Shown here one piece after another: positions 9,359 through 19,359 of a stretch of DNA of 64,000 nt. The translations under genes were made by a program, and so were the position numbers. This DNA is from Bdellovibrionales bacterium RIFOXYD12_FULL_39_22 (GTDB lineage Bacteria > Bdellovibrionota > Bacteriovoracia > Bacteriovoracales > Bacteriovoracaceae): assembly GCA_001770205.1 (NCBI GenBank), contig MEQL01000061.1:1-64000 (forward strand). Direction: 5' to 3'. The notes under the pieces were generated by a model that was not told where the DNA came from, ran no database searches, and saw only the letters and a program-made list of their open reading frames with translations. Positions within the stretch are counted from its first letter, which is position 1; every line of letters begins with the position of its first letter.

Positions 9359-11431
9359 TTATTCGGCCAGAGGTAAAACACATCGAATACCAATGTATGG
9401 AGCAACATTATAATAAGCAGCCTCTATTTGCATGGTAAAGCGGCCGGCGGTCGTACCATAGATGTAATAACCTCCAGAAACAACATCTCGAAGGGCGCTC
9501 GTGTTAACCCAAAATTTATCACCATGGTACTTCGCGGTGGCCGCGGTCCAATCTACGATACCATCTTCAGCAAAAGTATCTGAACCAACTGGTGTTCCAA
9601 TGGGAAGTTGCATTCGTTTAAGCGTTCTAATGCCACTGAAAGTACTATCGAAACTATTATCTAAAACGGGGGCCTGGTCGTTATCAAACTGCAACACCAA
9701 CGCACCGCCATTGTTGAAGTCTGCGTTAGTATTATCCACATTGTTAGAACTGGCCGTTACTCCCACCCCATTATTAATTTGGTCAGAATTCCATTCTGCT
9801 ATATTGCCCACCATATCCTGGGCCCCATAGCGCGAGAGACAGTTTCTCGTCAAAACCCCTCCCGTAATTAAAATTTTTACACCGGAGGAAGAGGTGGAGG
9901 GAAGTGTTTCTAGATTAGTCGGGGTTAATCGATTATCAAACGACACACCAGTCGCATAATTAGAGTTGCAGTGCCCATTAACCGGTAGCGAGGCCGTTCC
10001 ACTTTCAATAGTAGTAATTGTAGCATCGCTTAAAGTCGAATCCCATGCGGCAGCAACTAACCATTCTCGACGATGAAGCAATCGCTTTGATCCTGAAAAA
10101 CCAACTTCGCTTTGTGCATTACAAATGAGATTAGCACTTACTGGTGAAATCATTGCTATCGGAGGAAGGCCTGGCCTGGCGGAGGCCATCGTCGCCCGCT
10201 GAGTTGCGTTAGCAGCATCATCAATTGACAGCCAACTACTAGCGCCATTAGTGTTTATATAACAGGTATCGCTGGAAGATCCCCGTTGGTAATAGACAGA
10301 ATTAATCGTAGCAGTACCAGGTGTCGTGGTGCCCAGACACACTCCTCCACTACAACCGTTTTCCGAAAAATTACAGCCCAATTCATAAGCATCAACAAGC
10401 AACGACTGACCTAGATCAAAAAAAGCACCGTCACTACCTGTTCCAGTATGTATGCAACGATAGTTATTACTTCTATCTATGGCCTTGCCCATAAGTTCAC
10501 ACATTTCACGATTTCCAATCCACCGATGTACTAGCACCATATTCTCCGGCGGAATAGTAACTTTAATTTCTTGATCTGTGATATCTTCAGGAGGAATGGC
10601 CACGCCCCCAACTACCGGGGCAACAGAATAGTAATAAATATTTCCTGCAGAGAAAGCTCCGTTATCTATATACGTTCGCGCGGAAGCACTTATCCCTGTA
10701 GCATAGGCGCTAGAAAAATTTTGGCCCGGAGAAGTTCCGCGATAAATATTGTAACTTTCCACGGTTCCGGCAGTTAGGGTTACTGCCGCAAATTGTACCA
10801 TGACAGTGGCAGGGGAGGTGGCCAACCCAGTAAAAGCGATCGGATTTTTTGCCCCAACGGCCCTGAGGTGTGTCCATCCATTGAAAGTCGCAATTGCTAA
10901 TGTGGTGACAGAAACAATTGGATAAAGCGCTTGATTGCCGGCCATATCTTTTACCACCAGCGCAAAATAATACGTTGTGGCATCATCTAAGCTTGATATA
11001 TTGCTCGCTAATACATTTGTTTGATAATCTAAAAGTAAATTTGCCCCAGAAATTAAATCAACCTCACTAATAGTATCTATGGCAGAAGAAGTGCTTGCCG
11101 CTACCAACCTATACCGAAGTTGACTTGTCTCCGTTAAATTGTCGCTGCCGCCTCCCCAGTCCAGGCGCAAACTCGAAGAGGTGATTAACGAACTTGTTAT
11201 GCCACTACCGACTACTGGATTAGTTGTATCTGGCGTAGGTGTAGGCGTAAATGTCGCAACAGGTGTAGACGTCGGAGTAGCAACTATTGAATCTTCTGGT
11301 TCTTCTGGCGTGGGCGCTCTTTTAACCGTAGAAACATTAGATTTAGTGCAGCCATTTATTAGCAACAAAAGTAACAACAAGAGTAATGAGATCTTGCTAC
11401 CCTTCCACAATATTGTTTCTGCTCTAGTCAT
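9359..11431 (-). CDS. Surface lipoprotein: Thr/Pro linker, fibronectin type III domains, C-terminal FGE-sulfatase (C-type lectin) fold
   Basis: Lipobox LINGC; LDDATTYYFALVVKD (Fn3); SRYGAQDMVGNIAEW...SGG...IGIRC (FGE fold). Confidence 0.75.
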   Translation of the reverse strand: MTRAETILWKGSKISLLLLLLLLLINGCTKSNVSTVKRAPTPEEPEDSIVATPTSTPVATFTPTPTPDTTNPVVGSGITSSLITSSSLRLDWGGGSDNLTETSQLRYRLVAASTSSAIDTISEVDLISGANLLLDYQTNVLASNISSLDDATTYYFALVVKDMAGNQALYPIVSVTTLAIATFNGWTHLRAVGAKNPIAFTGLATSPATVMVQFAAVTLTAGTVESYNIYRGTSPGQNFSSAYATGISASARTYIDNGAFSAGNIYYYSVAPVVGGVAIPPEDITDQEIKVTIPPENMVLVHRWIGNREMCELMGKAIDRSNNYRCIHTGTGSDGAFFDLGQSLLVDAYELGCNFSENGCSGGVCLGTTTPGTATINSVYYQRGSSSDTCYINTNGASSWLSIDDAANATQRATMASARPGLPPIAMISPVSANLICNAQSEVGFSGSKRLLHRREWLVAAAWDSTLSDATITTIESGTASLPVNGHCNSNYATGVSFDNRLTPTNLETLPSTSSSGVKILITGGVLTRNCLSRYGAQDMVGNIAEWNSDQINNGVGVTASSNNVDNTNADFNNGGALVLQFDNDQAPVLDNSFDSTFSGIRTLKRMQLPIGTPVGSDTFAEDGIVDWTAATAKYHGDKFWVNTSALRDVVSGGYYIYGTTAGRFTMQIEAAYYNVAPYIGIRCVLPLAE

Positions 11432-11723
11432 AAAATGCTCCCACACAGCAAACGCATCACCGCTTTTCGGATATGAATTGCAGGTTTCATATTACATCCA
11501 AATATTATTAAGTCGGTAATTATATTTGTGATGACCGCCTGTCTTTAGTGATTTTAAACAAATATACAACCCAATATTCTTAAGCAGCACTTCTCGTTTT
11601 TTAAAAGATGGCCTGCGGGAGGCGAAAACTGCCTATTTTTTTTGGCATAGGCCGGAGCCTGGGTCGGGGCCTTGATCAAATATAAGTAAATTGATCAAAG
11701 AAAGTAAAATTATAAGGCAAAAA

Positions 11724-12524
11724 TCATTTGTTGAAGTCCTCATTTAAGGAGCATCGATCTTCAATTTTCCTCTGCAAAAGATCGACATTTGAAAAATCTT
11801 CCGCAAATATCATTAATGAAGTTTTATGATCTAAGCAATTAACCCATTCCGGCAAATCAAAAATTTGTTCTGTGGAGTGTGAAATAATTTGAGACACCAC
11901 ATCGACTTTGTCTAAAAGTTTATTTTGATAAAGTTCGAGTGCTATTTCCGCCGGTGAAATAAAGCCTTTTTGCTCATCAGATATTCTACTGGCCTTATCA
12001 AACGGATAGTTAATGCGAATAAACTGATACATTTTTATCTCGGGAAATTTTTCAGAAATAGTATGATAAATATTACTATCGCGCTCCCCATTGTCGCCAA
12101 TTAGGATAATTGTTTCCGGTGATTCGGACAATATTATTTCTGAGATTGTATTAACTTTAAAATCTTTATCTGCAGTAGATTTTCTTAAACGCAACTCCCC
12201 ATCTGGAAAGTTGTTCTGTTTTAGAAATTTTCCATGTGAGTAGGACATCATCAAAAAAGTTAAAGCAGAGCTTACATAGTAAACGGAAAGTTCTGGAATC
12301 TCCCTCTGTAAAATATTGTAAAAATCACTCATCCCACTAAATGGGTGTTTTACGTTGTAGGCATTTCCTATCATGGCCCATCTATTCAAAATGTTACTCG
12401 ATTTAATCGTATCGTCGATATCTGAAATTAAAACAGTTTTGGCCCAAGACGCCTGCAAAGCGGCCACGATAATTAATACAGATAGTAGTAATTTTTTAAG
12501 ACTAGCCGTGATTTTTTTAATCAT
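11724..12524 (-). CDS. App1-family phosphatidate phosphatase (DUF2183, HAD fold), secreted
   Basis: ISDIDDTIK, YYVSS and LIGDNGERD motifs; signal peptide; AGGAG RBS. Confidence 0.8.
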   Translation of the reverse strand: MIKKITASLKKLLLSVLIIVAALQASWAKTVLISDIDDTIKSSNILNRWAMIGNAYNVKHPFSGMSDFYNILQREIPELSVYYVSSALTFLMMSYSHGKFLKQNNFPDGELRLRKSTADKDFKVNTISEIILSESPETIILIGDNGERDSNIYHTISEKFPEIKMYQFIRINYPFDKASRISDEQKGFISPAEIALELYQNKLLDKVDVVSQIISHSTEQIFDLPEWVNCLDHKTSLMIFAEDFSNVDLLQRKIEDRCSLNEDFNK

Positions 12525-12571
12525 AAAATCTAATCTCCTAACGCAAAACACATTATTTTACACAGAATAAT

Positions 12572-12994
12572 TTATGGAGTAATTGTACATTTAATTACTT
12601 TATCGAAAATATCATTGCGAGACGAAGAGCAATCAATTTTTTGAGCACTAATAGGACTAGTGCCACAGGCTCCATCGCTTTCTAGTCCTGCATTTTCAAG
12701 AGATTTATATAGGGAAGAAGCAAGTTCCTTTGAAACTGACAGCTCACTGTTTGTTCCTAATTCATAATCTTGTACTTGCAACGAACAGGCAAAATTCTGG
12801 CCATTTTCAGTTGATGAGCACAAAATACTTTGTGCCGTAAGAGCACATGTGCCACCGGCACAATCTTCGGAAACCCCTGCGGCCTTAAGAACATCATATA
12901 TGCTGCTCGCAATATCGCCCTCAGTCAGTATATTCAAATTGGCAAATGATGATAGGGAAGTTACCATTAAAGCACTTAATAATACTTTTTTCAT
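12572..12994 (-). CDS. Secreted Cys-containing protein with internal two-fold repeat
   Basis: Signal peptide SSFA; ASSIY..L..AG...AQSILCS repeated as ASSLY..L..AG...AQKIDCS. Confidence 0.7.
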   Translation of the reverse strand: MKKVLLSALMVTSLSSFANLNILTEGDIASSIYDVLKAAGVSEDCAGGTCALTAQSILCSSTENGQNFACSLQVQDYELGTNSELSVSKELASSLYKSLENAGLESDGACGTSPISAQKIDCSSSRNDIFDKVIKCTITP

Positions 12995-13124
12995 TTTATC
13001 CTCCAAACAGTTGTTTTATATTTAACTCAAGTACTGAGTTGTCATTTAAGACAATCGTACTTGAAATTTAAATGGGAAAAAAGGACATTGAAAAATTTAC
13101 TTGCTGCTTGCTTATACTGTCTAA

Positions 13125-14702
13125 TTATTTTCTATAAAAACATCCGACGGACTCTTTATTACGAATAGAGGCAGCGATAACTGCCGAACCAACCTCCACA
13201 GCATTGCGCAGGCCAATCAACGTGTCGTTGGGAAAGACATTGCGATAAAAACGCTCAATCTCTTCCGTTAATTCTCTAAACATCGCATTAGCACGATTTA
13301 AGCGATCAGTCGTTCGCACAAGTCCAACATAATTCCACATGGTGTTTTTTACCGTCATCCAATCTTGTTGAATGAGTGCAAGATCAGATTCTTGTTCCTC
13401 TGTTATTTTCCAATCTTTAATTTTCTCCCGAGAATAAAAACCAAGTTGGCCAATTTTTTCAAGAATATCTTCCGCCGCGATATTTCCCCAAGTAAGTCCT
13501 TCCAGAAGTGCCGTCGATGCCAGACGATTAGCTCCATGCAAACCGGTACACGAAACTTCTCCAACAGCGTAAAGATTGGCCAAATTAGTTCGCCCTTGTA
13601 AGTCAACCTTAATACCACCACATGTGTAATGCGCTGCTGGAACCACCGGAATGGCAGTTTTGGTAATATCAATTTCGTGTTCTAGGCAATGCTTGTATAT
13701 GGTTGGAAAGCGTTCGATTATCCATGCTTCTTCATGGTGTGAAATATCTAAATAAACACAGGAATGGCCAGTGGTAATAATCTCTTCCAAAATGGCACGG
13801 GCCACCACATCGCGCGGGGCCAATTCTTTATCTGGATGATATTTGGCCATAAATTCTTCGCCATTAGAATTACGCAAAATTCCACCTTCGCCACGCACCG
13901 CTTCACTGATTAAAAAGCGACGATGAGAAGATTGATCATAGAAAGTAGTTGGGTGAAATTGAATAAATTCCATATTGGCCAAAATTGCTCCCGCTCGCTT
14001 GGCCATCGCATGCCCATCGCCACGACATCCCTCGGCGTTAGAATGGTGAGAATATAAAGCACCGATTCCACCAGAAGCAAGGATCGTCGTTTTAGCAATG
14101 ATTTTTTTTATTTCTCGGTGATGTTGATCCAATACATAGGCGCCAACAACCTGATCTGCTTCATAACGCTGCTCTATGTTTATTCCGTGATGAGAGGGGG
14201 TGAGCAAATCAATGGCGGTATGAGCAGAAAAAATAGTGATATTAGGAAAACGCTTTTTATCTGAGATATAGTTTAACATTGAAACCTGTATCTCTTTTCC
14301 CGTGTAATCGCCTTTGTAAATAATGCGCGGAATAGAGTGAGCAGCTTCCTTGGTCTTCTTGAGCTGATTTTGTTCATCATGTGAGAAATTAACTTGTACC
14401 TTATCTAATAACACTTCCTGCAAAATTCCAGCAGAACGAATTGCCAAAACCTCCGAGGCGACACGACTCGAAGTCATTGAGCTGGCCTTCATAATATCTG
14501 CAATTAGGGCCGCCGGCTCCCCTTTAGAAAAAATAATTCCACCTTGTGCATAAAAAGTATTTGTCACTTGCGGATTTTCTTCCCGAGTGATAATTCCTAT
14601 TTTCAGTTGGGCCTCGGCCAATTTTATGGCAGCACTCATACCCGCAATTCCACAACCAATTATTAGCACATCAAAATTTAAAAGCGGCGCTCTCTCACTC
14701 AT
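13125..14702 (-). CDS. nadB: L-aspartate oxidase
   Basis: GCGIAG FAD motif, AQGGI, EAAHS, QFHPT, ELAPRDVVARAI, GLHGANRLAS. Confidence 0.95.
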   Translation of the reverse strand: MSERAPLLNFDVLIIGCGIAGMSAAIKLAEAQLKIGIITREENPQVTNTFYAQGGIIFSKGEPAALIADIMKASSMTSSRVASEVLAIRSAGILQEVLLDKVQVNFSHDEQNQLKKTKEAAHSIPRIIYKGDYTGKEIQVSMLNYISDKKRFPNITIFSAHTAIDLLTPSHHGINIEQRYEADQVVGAYVLDQHHREIKKIIAKTTILASGGIGALYSHHSNAEGCRGDGHAMAKRAGAILANMEFIQFHPTTFYDQSSHRRFLISEAVRGEGGILRNSNGEEFMAKYHPDKELAPRDVVARAILEEIITTGHSCVYLDISHHEEAWIIERFPTIYKHCLEHEIDITKTAIPVVPAAHYTCGGIKVDLQGRTNLANLYAVGEVSCTGLHGANRLASTALLEGLTWGNIAAEDILEKIGQLGFYSREKIKDWKITEEQESDLALIQQDWMTVKNTMWNYVGLVRTTDRLNRANAMFRELTEEIERFYRNVFPNDTLIGLRNAVEVGSAVIAASIRNKESVGCFYRK

Positions 14703-14711
14703 AAAATACTC

Positions 14712-15575
14712 CTAACACTTCTTGTATTTAAAAGAGATATCCACGCTGGATGCGCCATAGGTAATTGCCCCAATACTAATCGCATCGACTCCAGGAATAA
14801 GATATTTCTCAAAGTTTGCCCAATTTACTCCACCAGAAAGTTCATAGGTAACGCCTTTAGGTTTTTGAGCAATTGCTTTTTTAATATCTTCCAGCGAAAA
14901 ATTATCTAGCATTAGATGCTTAACTTGCAGATCCAGCGCATCCTTTAGCTCTGAAAGAGAGTGAATCTCCACTTCAATCGGCACATAAAAGCCATGCATT
15001 TTTTTAAAAAAAGAGAGTGCTCCCGTCACTCCGCCAAAAAAATTTTTGTGGTTGTCTTTCACCATCCACAAATCAGTCTGTCCTAATCTGTGATTATATC
15101 CTCCGCCAACACGCACAGCATATTTTTCAAGGGCACGCAGGCCAGGTAAAGTTTTTCGCGTATCTAAAATAGCAATATTATATTGGGCGGCCTTTTGAAC
15201 AAACTTGTTGGTTGCAGTGGCGATACTTGAAGCATGTTGCACAAGATTGAGCGCAATACGTTCTGCCGTTAGTGCTACCGCAAACGGTAGTTTGAAAGAA
15301 AAAAGGGGGGTGGAGCTTGCGCCGCAAAACTTTCCTTCGTAATCGGAAACTATTTTGTCCGCATCTAAAAGATCTAACTCTCCCAAATATTTAAAAGCTT
15401 CCAAAAAATAAGGGAGACCGGCCATGACCAGATCTGATTTAATAAATAGTGATCCAATTACTGCATCCATGGGAAGTTGTGAAGTGTAATAGATGTTTCG
15501 AGCGAGATCATCTTCTTCAAAAAAATATTTCAGTTGATTGCGAATGGCCCTGGCAGTTAGCGCGTTGTTATTCAT
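14712..15575 (-). CDS. nadC: Quinolinate phosphoribosyltransferase
   Basis: LDTRKTLPGLR, NHRLG, KDNH, MLDNF, ELSGG. Confidence 0.95.
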   Translation of the reverse strand: MNNNALTARAIRNQLKYFFEEDDLARNIYYTSQLPMDAVIGSLFIKSDLVMAGLPYFLEAFKYLGELDLLDADKIVSDYEGKFCGASSTPLFSFKLPFAVALTAERIALNLVQHASSIATATNKFVQKAAQYNIAILDTRKTLPGLRALEKYAVRVGGGYNHRLGQTDLWMVKDNHKNFFGGVTGALSFFKKMHGFYVPIEVEIHSLSELKDALDLQVKHLMLDNFSLEDIKKAIAQKPKGVTYELSGGVNWANFEKYLIPGVDAISIGAITYGASSVDISFKYKKC

Positions 15576-15683
15576 TTTTTACTCCCCATAAAAATTTCGC
15601 ACAGCAAGTAGCAACATACTCTCTATTTTTCAATACGTTAAGCGCAAAAAAAAAGATCTCGTTTGTATAGTATGCGAGTGATA

Positions 15684-16718
15684 ATGAAAAAACTAACCTT
15701 CATATATATTACCTCAATTGCGTTACTTCTTTGGTTAAGCAATTCGGAAAGATCGGGTAACTATCATAAAAAAAACGTCCCAGATTACATCAAATTAAAG
15801 CGAACAGAGTTGTATTATCAAGTTGGCAGTAAAGATCAGGTGGCCGCGCTTGTTTCTTATGTGGCCGGAGAATTAAAGTATTTAAACCCTAAAGACAAAC
15901 AAGCACATCGAACACTGAATTTATATCATCTCTTTACTCCTTCGGGAATTCATTTCTCTGCAATGTATATTTTCTTATATCCCCTTGTCTTACTTTTTCG
16001 TAAGCGAAAATGGCTACAAAACTCTCTTTCTTCATCCCTTTGTCTAATTCCCTTTTTTTTAGATGGCCTTTATTCTATGAAGCGGGTTGCTTTGTATCGG
16101 CTATTTTCGCTATCTTTTAAAGTGGCACGTCTCAAAGATAAAATCTCGCCATTTTCTCTTTTTTTAATAACGTTTTTAATAGATTTTTTTATTGGTACTT
16201 ATCGCTATTCACCACTCAGTTTTGCATATAGCTTTTTATTTTTAGGAATAATTTTTTCCTTTATCCACAAAAATAAGTTGTTACTTCCAATTGCATTATT
16301 GGGAGGACAAATTATCATTGCCTACTTCCAAGAAATATCACTACCCTTTTTAGGTTTTATCTTTGGCTTTATTTTAACCTCTCTTTTTTCTCTTTTTTTT
16401 CCCTTATGGTTTATTTATTTCTTTTTACCATGGATCGTTCCTGCAAAAATAATTTCCATCTCACTAGGGTTATATCTTAATCTGGTTAGCTTTTCTGCTA
16501 ATCTGGCCAAATCAATCGGGGAGTTTAATATCACCATACCGCTAATGATTTTAGTTGTTGTGTTAACTATGAAGATTGATCAACGAATAAAAAAAAGTAT
16601 TTTCCTTTTTACGTTGCTAATTAGCAGCAATTTACTTTTTGCCCCCATGGAAGCAACGAAAAAGAAATTTTATGGCAGTTACGCGAATAAGACTTATAGT
16701 CGTCCCGCTAAATTTTAA
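15684..16718 (+). CDS. ComEC/Rec2 membrane domain-only protein
   Basis: LYHLFTPSGIH resembles the competence-domain HxxxxSGxH motif; multiple TM helices. Confidence 0.65.
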   Translation: MKKLTFIYITSIALLLWLSNSERSGNYHKKNVPDYIKLKRTELYYQVGSKDQVAALVSYVAGELKYLNPKDKQAHRTLNLYHLFTPSGIHFSAMYIFLYPLVLLFRKRKWLQNSLSSSLCLIPFFLDGLYSMKRVALYRLFSLSFKVARLKDKISPFSLFLITFLIDFFIGTYRYSPLSFAYSFLFLGIIFSFIHKNKLLLPIALLGGQIIIAYFQEISLPFLGFIFGFILTSLFSLFFPLWFIYFFLPWIVPAKIISISLGLYLNLVSFSANLAKSIGEFNITIPLMILVVVLTMKIDQRIKKSIFLFTLLISSNLLFAPMEATKKKFYGSYANKTYSRPAKF

Positions 16719-16805
16719 CTCGTCAAATATCCGCTCATATGTCTACTTTCTTTACAGTTTTTTATGAATTATTACCTCTAAGCAACTCAATCTATGCTGG
16801 CACTT

Positions 16806-16821
16806 CGGCATGTTTCTCGCA
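16806..16821 (+). promoter_or_regulatory. Putative sigma-54 promoter
   Basis: CGGCAT-GTTTC-TCGCA (GG-N10-GC), upstream of RBS and ATG 16864. Confidence 0.4.
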
Positions 16822-16863
16822 AAACATATCCTGAACTCATATTTTGAGGAAAGGGGTTTTTTT

Positions 16864-18630
16864 ATGATGCGCAACCGATTTGACTTTTTTATTCTTTTAT
16901 TTGTTCTAATAATTCCTGTTTCCTCTCAAGCACAAACTCCTCTTAGTGAAATTAATGGAAGGCCAGAATTAATTGAATTACAAAAAACATTAGAACAACC
17001 CGACTTTATCGGTCAATTTGGTACTTGTTATGAACCTCCATCGCTCACCCAATTTAAAAAAAACTGGGACAACTACAGTGAAAAGGCCAAAAAGAAAATT
17101 AAAATCAATGCTGAAAACATAGCTAATATGTCCATGCCAATAAGTTTGGCCGAGCATATAACTCATATTACCCGACTTAAATCTTTAATTGAAGAGGTCA
17201 ACCAACTTGATGATATAAAATGGGTGACAGAGTTTCTAAAAAATCCTGTGGTGCTTGCCGGTTTCCAAACCCAGTCCTACTTTGATTTTGTAAAAAGCGA
17301 TGAAGGAATGAAGGCCTTGGCACAAGTAAATAAGATGACACCGGAACAGATGGATAATTTCTCCGAACATTTACAAATAATTCAAGCGATGATGAATGGA
17401 AAAACTTATATTCGCTCCATTGACTATGCTATCTTGCACGGCCTGTCGATCTTCGATGAAGATGAGCGCAGGGCAATCTTGGAGATGAATAAATTTTTTA
17501 TGGTTACCCTAAAAAAGGCCAACGAAAAGGAAGTTTTCTATCCTCTTCGAGATTACTTAAATAAAAAAATTGTCATCAAGCTTTCTGCTTGGCCACTCAT
17601 CCCTTCAACAATTAAAGGTGAATGGGCAAAACTTGTTCGCGATTTAACAGAAGACGGTATTAAGAGCTATCTTTTTAACAATCCCGTTGGTGATCTTGCG
17701 CTGGATAACTTAATACCGCCTGTAGCGGCAAAAAATCCTTTCGAAGAATGGTTTGAAAATGCTGAATGGGGAAAAGCGGGCGGCCAAGAGTTTCTATACA
17801 AAAATGAAACAATTTCGCAAACAGAGCTTGCCGCAATTGATCACGTTACCCGTACACTGTGGGGTGAAGCGCGTGGATGTACCCCTAATTATCCTCAACT
17901 TGAGGCCATCGGACGCATTTTGGCAGATCGCGCCGAGGCCATAAAGATGCGTGTCCAAGAAGATATTGATGTCAGAGAACACAACCTGGAGACAATTGAA
18001 TCGGTAAGTGAAAAATTCGCTAAACGCGATTCACTGGGAAAACTATTGCGCGCCAAGCTTTCAGGCCTTAGTGACTTCGGCCGGCCGGAGCGAGCGGATT
18101 TACCTCTCGTTGCCCAGGCCACCAGTAAGCCAGGACAATTTAGTGTTTGGAACTCATTTACCGTTGAAAAAATTCTCTTAAGTAAACTTCGGGCAAACCC
18201 TAAGTTGCCTCCTAATATTCCCAATATATCAATCCCTATTCGTAAAGGGCGCTCACTGCAGGACCAGAAGGCATTAATAAATGTACTTTGTCCGGAGATT
18301 TCTAAAAATGCCGACCTCATAGAAAAAAAAGTTACCTCGGATGGGACCTGGAACTATTTGGTTGAACTATCAACTCTGCTAGTCTTAGATCCTGAGCTTT
18401 ATCAAAAATTATTTTTATGGGATGGAAAAAAAGAGCGCAAAATTTATTTTTACACTCATGGTAACGTTAACCTGCCATTTGCGGTTGAAAAAAAGGTCTC
18501 AACTTTAAAATTTTTGGCCGATCCTCAAAATATTCATAGCAAAACGCTCTCGAATAAAAATCCGGCCGGCATCTGTTACATGCGTACTTTTATAAATGCC
18601 CCAACTGTTTTGTATCACCCTGCAAAATGA
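16864..18630 (+). CDS. Secreted protein with SleB/CwlJ (Hydrolase_2) cell wall hydrolase-like domain
   Basis: Signal peptide; VTRTLWGEARG, PGQFSVWN and YFYTH motifs. Confidence 0.65.
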   Translation: MMRNRFDFFILLFVLIIPVSSQAQTPLSEINGRPELIELQKTLEQPDFIGQFGTCYEPPSLTQFKKNWDNYSEKAKKKIKINAENIANMSMPISLAEHITHITRLKSLIEEVNQLDDIKWVTEFLKNPVVLAGFQTQSYFDFVKSDEGMKALAQVNKMTPEQMDNFSEHLQIIQAMMNGKTYIRSIDYAILHGLSIFDEDERRAILEMNKFFMVTLKKANEKEVFYPLRDYLNKKIVIKLSAWPLIPSTIKGEWAKLVRDLTEDGIKSYLFNNPVGDLALDNLIPPVAAKNPFEEWFENAEWGKAGGQEFLYKNETISQTELAAIDHVTRTLWGEARGCTPNYPQLEAIGRILADRAEAIKMRVQEDIDVREHNLETIESVSEKFAKRDSLGKLLRAKLSGLSDFGRPERADLPLVAQATSKPGQFSVWNSFTVEKILLSKLRANPKLPPNIPNISIPIRKGRSLQDQKALINVLCPEISKNADLIEKKVTSDGTWNYLVELSTLLVLDPELYQKLFLWDGKKERKIYFYTHGNVNLPFAVEKKVSTLKFLADPQNIHSKTLSNKNPAGICYMRTFINAPTVLYHPAK

Positions 18631-18762
18631 CCCCGAGAAATTTTATCAAGCGGTATCATCTATGCCTTTTGCTGCACGGCAAGGTGCAAAATGTCTTAAA
18701 ATTCAAGCTGTTGCGCGCCGCCGCATTTGCATAACCCCTTGAAAAAACACATTGGCATGTTT

Positions 18763-18778
18763 TGGCCTTGGTTTTGCT
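18763..18778 (+). promoter_or_regulatory. Putative sigma-54 promoter
   Basis: TGGCCT-TGGTT-TTGCT, 50 bp upstream of ATG 18829. Confidence 0.6.
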
Positions 18779-18828
18779 AAAGTGAAATTTGCGATCATTA
18801 AGATCGAATAATTTTTGGGGGAAAATAT

Positions 18829-19260
18829 ATGAAAAACTTTTTACTCGTCTTGGCAATGCTTCTTATTTCTAATTTATCCTTTGCTATCTCTGGCCCATCT
18901 ACACCAAGCGGTGATGGAGATGGACGGCCTGAATGTCGTACTTATGATGTCGGCTGGGAAGAGCATGGATATCACTACACCTGTGGTGAATGTTTGGCCG
19001 AGCATGGTAAATGCGTTGAAAAATGTTTTACTTATACTTATACCTGTACCGCTTCCGGCGAAGCTAGAAATATTTATCGCGATACTAACGGAAATCAGTC
19101 CGAACAAGTTCGCATCTTGACTTTTGAGGCCGAAGGCCGCAGTGAGATGTTTGCTCGAAGAACTGCGCTTGATTACTGCTATCATCAAGCTGTTAATTGC
19201 CAGATCACTAACTGTAATGAAAGTTCTCATCTAGATCGTCAACGCAGTTGTCAAAAATAG
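18829..19260 (+). CDS. Secreted Cys-rich hypothetical protein
   Basis: Signal peptide LSFA; many Cys; followed by a terminator. Confidence 0.75.
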   Translation: MKNFLLVLAMLLISNLSFAISGPSTPSGDGDGRPECRTYDVGWEEHGYHYTCGECLAEHGKCVEKCFTYTYTCTASGEARNIYRDTNGNQSEQVRILTFEAEGRSEMFARRTALDYCYHQAVNCQITNCNESSHLDRQRSCQK

Positions 19261-19291
19261 TTAACTTTTTAGACCGCACCACACACATATT

Positions 19292-19322
19292 TGCAAGGGA
19301 ACCACGAGATGGTTCCCTTGCA
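19292..19322. terminator. Intrinsic terminator between convergent genes
   Basis: 13-bp perfect stem TGCAAGGGAACCA / TGGTTCCCTTGCA with T-rich tail on +. Confidence 0.85.
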
Positions 19323-19359
19323 TTTTATTACTCGCCTTTAGGTTTTTTTAGAAAAAATT

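Noticed and set aside
18829..19260. Possible c-type cytochrome
   Set aside because: CGECLAEH is not CxxCH
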